From assembly GCF_006345805.1 (NCBI RefSeq), contig NW_021835235.1, forward strand, positions 1 to 41,605: a stretch of DNA of 41,605 nucleotides, read 5' to 3'. Shown one piece after another: positions 34,231 to 41,605 of the stretch. The notes under the pieces are model-generated. The model was not told where the DNA came from. It did no database searches and was given only the letters and a program-made list of their open reading frames with translations. The stretch comes from Octopus sinensis. Taxonomy: Eukaryota. A program made the translations under genes and the position numbers. Position 1 is the stretch's first letter; each line of letters opens with the position of its first letter.

Positions 34231-34391
34231 ATATATATATAGATTATATATATATTATATATAATATTTATATATATATTACATACACATATACATGTAT
34301 ATACTACATACATACATACATATACATGCACATACATATGCGTGCGCATATATTTATATATATAAATATATAAACGTAAGTGTTTGTGTGT

Positions 34392-34428
<37 letters not shown>

Positions 34429-35182
34429 GTGTGTGTGTGTGTGTGTGGTGTGTGTAAGTGAACGAATAGCAAATAAAAGGAGGAAGGAAAAGAGGCATGA
34501 GGCAGAGGAAGAAAAAGAAGGAAGAAATAATAAAGAAAAGGTTGCTAAAGGAAGGAGGTGAAGGAGCAAAAGCGGGAGAAAGATAAAAAGATGAACGAAG
34601 ATTTGTCAATAAGAGGGACCGTGAAAGAGGAAAAAAAAATAGCGACAAAAATATTAATGGAAGCAAGTAAGAAGGAATGCTGCTACCGAAATCAATAATT
34701 CTAAATCGATCCGACGAGGAATATTATAATGTTATTCATGCAGACATTGCATGCAGTTATCTTAACGCCAGCATTATGAAACAAACATTATTATCAATTA
34801 AAGAAGGAAGAGAAGGAAAAGGAAAAAAAGTGCAAAAATGTTAAAGAACTGAAATAAAATAAATAAAGCAGAAAAGAAATCTCCAGACAGAATTTCCAGT
34901 TAATTTTTTTTAGGGCAAATGATATAAAAAAAAAAGGTAAAAAGAAACTGGGAAGAAACTAGATTATTTGCATTTCTGCTTAAAAACACTCTGACTCCAG
35001 ACGTCATTTCTGATATAACAGTTATCGCTTGCTGGATTAAATGAATTGATATAAGAAACAAATAAACAAACAAAAAAATACTGTAAAGGAAATGATTAGT
35101 TCCATCGATTTATCAGAAAAAGCCGGTTACGCCTAAGGGCTTCAAGCACGTTCTGATTCTAATATTTCCTCCTGTCTGCGCG

Positions 35183-35207
35183 CATGTGTGTATGTGTGTG
35201 TGTATGT

Positions 35208-35255
<48 letters not shown>

Positions 35256-35266
35256 ATGCGCGCGCA

Positions 35267-35311
<45 letters not shown>

Positions 35312-35318
35312 CTGTCTT

Positions 35319-35382
<64 letters not shown>

Positions 35383-35386
35383 TCTA

Positions 35387-35467
<81 letters not shown>
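35183..35467. repeat. Compound (GT)n-(TCTA)n-(TCTG)n microsatellite
   Basis: Directly visible alternating TCTA/TCTG blocks. Confidence 0.95.
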
Positions 35468-36197
35468 TTGAATTATATCAAAAGTAATAATTGATGTTTC
35501 GGATGCATTTTAATACTTATCTTTCATGTGGTTACGTAACAAGTTGTTATGCAAATATCCATTATCTTCAGTCATTTGCGAGCGAAATACATCGGTAATT
35601 TCAAATTTGTCCCTATATATAGTAGACTGCATAAGCAAAACTACAGAAAACCATATTATAAAAAATAGAATGAGAAAGAAAAGGAGAAAGTAGACAAAAA
35701 GGTAAGTCGAAAATAAATAAAAGTTTATAATTGTAGAAATGTCTTCGGAAGTGGAGAAGTAATTACGGATAACTTAATGATAAAAATAAATAAATAAATA
35801 GATAAATAAATAAATAATAAACTTCAATCGAAGAAGGAAATAAAAAAGTATTAATGATACTGCCAAAAGCATGACAATTCATAGCCAAGCAGGCTAAGAA
35901 ATATTGATATATACAAGGAAACGTTGATAGTAACTTGGATATTTCACAGATTTTTTTTCATCTGTCAGTGTCATGGCAAAACTACAAAGTTACTCTTAAC
36001 TCTTCATTGTAAAATTACATTTGGTACTCTAAGTACATTGAGTGATTCCTCAATTACCTGTTTTCATGTATAACGTATAAATATATTCAAAAAGAAAAAA
36101 TAACGTATACAAAAACACATACATTATTTATGCAGCATTCTTTCTGACGTATTCGCGCTTAACATTAGTGAGTATTCACACTTCGAAACACATCATG

Positions 36198-36251
<54 letters not shown>

Positions 36252-36262
36252 CTATATATATA

Positions 36263-36803
36263 CAGGGTTATTCAAAAGAAAGACCTGATTTTAAATTTAT
36301 TTTTAAAACAAACGGTAAGAGACACAAACACATTCTGCATATTTCCCGATAGGGGTAGGTTTAAAGTATATTTTAAGGTAGTATGCACTCAACATGAGTA
36401 CCATGTGTTGCTCGACAAACATCGAAACCTTTTTTGTGAAATGTATATGCCATTCGTAAATTTGCTTATGAGGTGGATTTTTATTGAATTGGCGTTGCAC
36501 TTGCACAACGGATTCGCATTTCTCAACCTGCAGCACACAAAAAGACTTTTCTTGTGGCGTCGCCATTTTCTAAGGGATTACACAAATGGAAATTATATAT
36601 ACAACTTTAAATAAAATGAACAAAATGAAACATTAAAACAAAATTAAAATATAATTTTATTTAAGGCTTTATTCAAGTGATCATGTTCAGCTACAAACTT
36701 TAAACCTTCCCCTATCAAAAAAATATGTAAATGTGTTTGTGTCTCGTCTCTTACCGTTTGTTTTAAAATAAATTTGAAATCTGCTGTTTCGTTTTGAATA
36801 ACC

Positions 36804-36806
<3 letters not shown>
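36263..36806 (-). mobile_element. Internally deleted Tc1/mariner-superfamily element (DUF4817-type HTH), 544 bp, ~110-bp TIRs, TA target
   Basis: TA|CAGGGTTATTCAAAA...TTTTGAATAACCCTG|TA; N-terminus MATPQEKSFCVLQ...SVVQVQRQF joined to C-terminal CRATHGTHVE. Confidence 0.9.
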
Positions 36807-36861
<55 letters not shown>

Positions 36862-37437
36862 GTATATGTATATGTATGTATTAGTGTGCATGTATATATG
36901 TATATGTGTGTATATATGTATATATATATATACACTCTAAAAATATACAAAATTCGTTTGCTGACGCATACTTTTATGCAACAATAATAGCAAATACATA
37001 ATCATGTAATAATTGATATGATATCATGTCTATCTATCTGTTCAATTATTTTGTCATATCATTCTTAGAACTATTTTTCATTTTTTTCTTTTTTTAGTCC
37101 AATCAGTTATTATTTTCTGAAACAATATATTCTTTCATATTTTGCCTATTTGGCTATGGACATGCTCATCTGGATATATTTAAGACCTGCAACAATTTCC
37201 ACACACACACACACACACACCACACACACACACACACACCACACACACACACACACCACACACACACGCATACATACAACACACCACACGAACACGCACG
37301 CACACACCCACACAACACATACACACATACATACACACACCACACCTATATATCACATACAACTATACATACATACTCATACATACATATATACATACAT
37401 ACATACATACATACATACATACATACAGCAAATATTC

Positions 37438-37885
37438 TGCTCAGTACTACAGGTATACTTGTCAGTTGTTTGACCGTAACTAGTTGAGCATGTCCCTTAG
37501 TGGCTGACGATAAGTGCATCTCTGATCATGAGCAGAAGTAGTAGGGGAGCATCATAGCCATGTGTTAAGAGGAATTGGTTGAGTTTAGATAATTCAACTT
37601 TGGAAAAGTGGGTGTTTCGTTCAACATCCTTAAACAAACCCTTATTCGAGGACCTTTTGTATGGGATGGGCTACTCGACCTGAAGAAAATTCTAACCGGG
37701 CCCGACCTGCAAGTTCATGCGCTGTTTATCTTCATATGAGCTCATCATGTCGCGCACCTATGGTTGTGATACATGTGCCTAGTGTACCGTTATCAGACTG
37801 GTTGTTATGATGGGTATACTGGGCTTCGTATATTTTACCCCATTGCTATTTTGATAGCATGCACTGCTCTCCCATACATACATAA
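37438..37885 (+). repeat. Unclassified interspersed repeat, possibly SINE or LINE 3' UTR
   Basis: Abrupt switch from (CATA)n to ~450 bp of GC-richer non-coding sequence; resembles an abundant octopus repeat from recollection only, not verified. Confidence 0.3.
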
Positions 37886-39252
37886 TGACCAAAGCAAAGA
37901 AAAGAAACTATGCACAGTAACTGGAGTTAGCTGTTCGGCAGATATCAACATAACAGCGAATGTTAGTGCAAAAGAGAACAGGTATACCGAACTGATGAGA
38001 AATGTGCAGCTGTAGATTTCTACCAATACGTACTAGAGCCCTTGGCTAAGAGGTACCAATTTTGAAAAACTGAAAGTTACAAAACTTTAAAGAACACAAT
38101 GAGAAAATTACAACTCCAAGCTGTCAAATATACTGTCATATTATGTAAAACATTCATAAATTTCAGCATCTAATGAGATGTACTTATGTAATGACATCTA
38201 TGCCTGCGCCCGTGTATATATGTGGACATACATATGTAATAAACAGGCATGACATGTGTATAAGCATATAGGTGCGCATACATACATACATACATGCAAA
38301 CATACATATATTCATACGTACATACATACATGCATACATACATACATACATACATATATACATACATACATACATACATACATACATACATACATACATA
38401 CATACATACATACATACATACGTGTGTGTGTATTTTCCTGTATGTATATGTGTGTGAATAATATGTTATTTTATTCTAGACGGCTAGAAATATACAAAAA
38501 GGAGTTTTATTTAAAATTTTTAAAATTTTTAACTCGTTCCACAGATTTCTCTGGTTTTCAAAAGTTAAGACAGAAAGACTAAACTATGTAGCTATGCAGC
38601 AAGTGTCTCGAAAGCCAATTGCAGCACGTCTATCTGCACGTCTTTCTACCTCAACGTTCATATTGCACTTTCATAATAGTAATATCTATGGAGGACCGGT
38701 AAGATTATTATTTATATGGACTGAAAGATGGATCGCAATTTAGCATATAATTTAGTTATTGTAATTTAGTATTAATACCGATACAATGTACATTGGTTTA
38801 AATGTTACTTTGTTGCAGTTTTATTAAAGTTAGTGTTTAATCCTGCCTATATATTGATTGATTTAAATAATATCGTTATCAAGCTTTACTTTTATATTAC
38901 ACTATAGAAGACGATAGGGATTATAATTTTTTATGACTTAATAGAATTGTCGATGTTTAGTTACGTATTTAGGAGGGGTTGTAATTTACTTACGGAATAT
39001 ATTTATCGATACGGTTGTACAATGGGTAAATGTGTTTGAAAGTTGTGGTTCCTTTGACTTGTTTGTTTGTTCCCAAATAATACTTATTTTAGTGCTGCTG
39101 ACACCGCCAGATTGAATGGTACTGCCCAGGTGTCGAAACCATAATGATATCCGTGGGGCAACTGATGATGGAGGTATGTTGGATTGTTGGTATGGCTGTG
39201 GAAAGTATTATAACACATCCTTTTGATATATATATATGAATACACACACACT

Positions 39253-39283
<31 letters not shown>

Positions 39284-39304
39284 CAACAACACTATACTGT
39301 TTCA

Positions 39305-39410
39305 CGTTGACTAAATTCTAAACAAAGGTGTGTTGATTCTAGGCTAGAAACCGACCCTTTGTCCACTACTGAGAAATTCATAAAATAAGACCAAAGAAAA
39401 ACTGAATAAA
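39305..39410 (+). mobile_element. Diverged copy of the LINE-type 3' terminus seen at 22230-22335
   Basis: AAATTC...GATTCTAGGCTAGAAACCGACCCTTT...GAGAAATTC...AAAACTGAATAAATACAT. Confidence 0.45.
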
Positions 39411-39422
39411 TACATATATGTG

Positions 39423-39469
<47 letters not shown>

Positions 39470-40350
39470 TGTGTATGCGTGTGTTCGTGCGTGTGTGCGT
39501 GTATATATATAAGTATATGTATGTATGCATATCTACACACATACACATGTATATATATATATATATATATATATTCAAATACCAGCAGGGTTCGATATTT
39601 CACTTTTTATTTTTGTATCTTTACGGTTTTGAAACATTACATATTACAATATCACAAGTACTTTTTGTTTTATAGCAATTTTCAGGTAAATGCTTGTGTT
39701 GTAGCCTCATTCCAAACAGCTGTGCTTCACGGTGGACAAGTTACAATTTCATAGTCGTCAGTGATTCATATCTGTCTTCTTTCAAAACAATCACACTTTT
39801 CGTTAATGGCATGTTAATTTTGGAGAATCATTGATTCTCGTTAATATGTACCTTTGTTGTTTAGAGATGAGCACAGTTACAACCTAGCAATTGTTCAACT
39901 TTCACTTTCGGTGGAAACAATTTCAATACGTAAAGAATTTATCTTGTATGATGCTTTATATGCCTATTATCGGTTTTGTTGTTCACATACATGTCACTTA
40001 TAACTCAGTAATTTCTCATAGTACATTTTCGTTTCATAAATACACGCCCGCAAGCACACACACTCACAAACAAACACATACAAACACACATACGTGCGCA
40101 TACACGCAACCGCACACACTGACACTAACACACAGTCACGCATACACCACAGTTTTGAAGCTGTCAGTTTATCTTGCAGTTGGCATCCCCTATGTATACA
40201 TGTGCATGCATCTGTGCGTATATCGCTGTGACTCTGCATTTCTCTGGTCATGTAGTTATATGTCTATCTTTATAAATATTAACTTATTTATTATTAAACA
40301 CGTATGTGATTGTGTGCCTCTGTGTGTATATATCTATCTACCTACACCTA

Positions 40351-40944
40351 CGAGGTGCATTCCAGAAGTTTTAAGATTTTTTGCGGGAAGACAGTTATAA
40401 CTCTCTTACATCATTGCAATTTTAGTATATCATTATTGTACATCTAATAAACTGATCTGCCAACTTTTGTTATTTAAGATTGAAAGAGACGGCTGTAATA
40501 GCACTTTAAACACACTCTACTAAACACTGTTAGTCACAACTGGCTAGTTTACAGAATGCAGTCGCGATGTGAAGACAATTTGGGAGCTCCTTATGCAATA
40601 AAGTTTTGCGTTAAATTGGGCAAAAACGGCCACAGAAACTTATGAAATGCTCCCTACTACTTATGGATTACCATTTTCGTTGGCACAAGTGGTTCAAGGA
40701 CAGTAGAGGGAAGGTGAGAGACGATGAGAGGTGTTGGAAGGGAAAAGCATCAGAACATGAGTCGGTTGAAAAAATTAGCACTTTCGCGGATGATCATCTA
40801 TAAAAGCAATAGGCAAACAATTTGGAGATGGTGTGCGTTGAAATCACAGGATTCTATTTTGAAGGCGATAAAAAGTATGTACGTCTTTGAAATAAATAAA
40901 AGTCTTCGTTGAAAAAAATTTGAAAACTTTTGGGACGCACCTTG
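40351..40944 (+). mobile_element. Internally deleted mariner (DD34D-type), 594 bp
   Basis: TA|CGAGGTGCATTCCAGAAGTTTT...AAAACTTTTGGGACGCACCTTG|TA; MQSRCEDNL..YAIKFCVKLGK.ATETYEML...WHKWFKD...DDER joined to C-terminal W..CVEITGFYFEGD. Confidence 0.9.
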
Positions 40945-40968
40945 TATATATGTGTGTATGTATAAATG

Positions 40969-41002
<34 letters not shown>

Positions 41003-41170
41003 TGTATGTATGTATGTATGTATGTATGTATGTATGGATGGCTGGATGCATAAACACATACATACATATATATGTATATATATATATATATTATGTGTGT
41101 ATATATATATATAATTCCTGAAGATTTCTCTTGATGATACTATCCTGTAGAAGCTCCTTCTATATAATAA

Positions 41171-41226
<56 letters not shown>

Positions 41227-41378
41227 ATACAAATAATATTATATTATACATACACCATACATACATGTGTGCATCTATAATGTGTTTCTGCATCTACCCG
41301 TCACTCCCTCGATCGATCCATCCGTCCGTCCGTCCACCCGTCTGTCTGTTTGGCTGTCTGTCTGTCTGGCTATTCTGA

Positions 41379-41412
<34 letters not shown>

Positions 41413-41605
41413 GTGGATATGTATGTATATTTTGTATATATCTATGAAAAATGCTTGTATATATATATATACACACACATCGTATTTTTATTTGGTTTGC
41501 AAAATTCTTTATGAGAATTCGTGTTGAAACGTTCCGCTAATAATAATAACACACGCATAGGTTCAATAACACTTCTTTATTAATTGCCAATTGGATAAAT
41601 GTCTA

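Noticed and set aside
38050-38580. Possible TIR pair (AATTTTGAAAAACTG / CTGGTTTTCAAAAGTT) around a (CATA)n tract
   Set aside because: Short AT-rich similarity with undefined termini and no TSD
38700-39100. Possible third PLE RT relic on the minus strand (KYI...LQPLL, SL..ILF)
   Set aside because: Only short weak motifs in AT-rich sequence, with no catalytic DD motif found
41117-41145. CTGAAGA followed by a short stem and GATAC, a possible fourth hammerhead family
   Set aside because: GAAA is GATA, helix II is only 2 bp and helices I/III cannot be formed; too degenerate to call without other copies

Overview
A 41.6 kb AT-rich eukaryotic segment saturated with microsatellites and repeats. It is most likely from an octopus or other coleoid cephalopod, inferred from the tRNA-derived SINE families and repeat landscape. 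I found no intact host protein-coding gene, rRNA, true tRNA or CRISPR. Most ORFs in the supplied track are translations of (CA)n/(TA)n/(CATA)n/(GA)n. What can be read is a graveyard of mobile elements: two Penelope-like element (PLE) relics of different lineages, Tx1/L1-, RTE-, CR1/L2- and RLE-type LINE relics, about 17 SINE copies (five in a head-to-tail array), Helitron pieces, two internally deleted Tc1/mariner elements and several foldback MITEs or palindromes. The most interesting signal is a set of minimal type I hammerhead-ribozyme (HHR) folds in three unrelated repeat families. All share one architecture: 4-5 bp helix I, an extra A after A9, 4-5 bp helix II, and a loopless palindromic helix III. 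Family 1 has a canonical CUGAUGA core and sits in the pseudo-LTR of a PLE. Family 2 is a ~210-bp non-coding element embedded in (TA)n, with a CCGACGA (U4C) core in both full copies. Family 3 is a ~211-bp tandem unit with a CUGAAAA core. All calls were made by eye, and none was confirmed by alignment or folding software.
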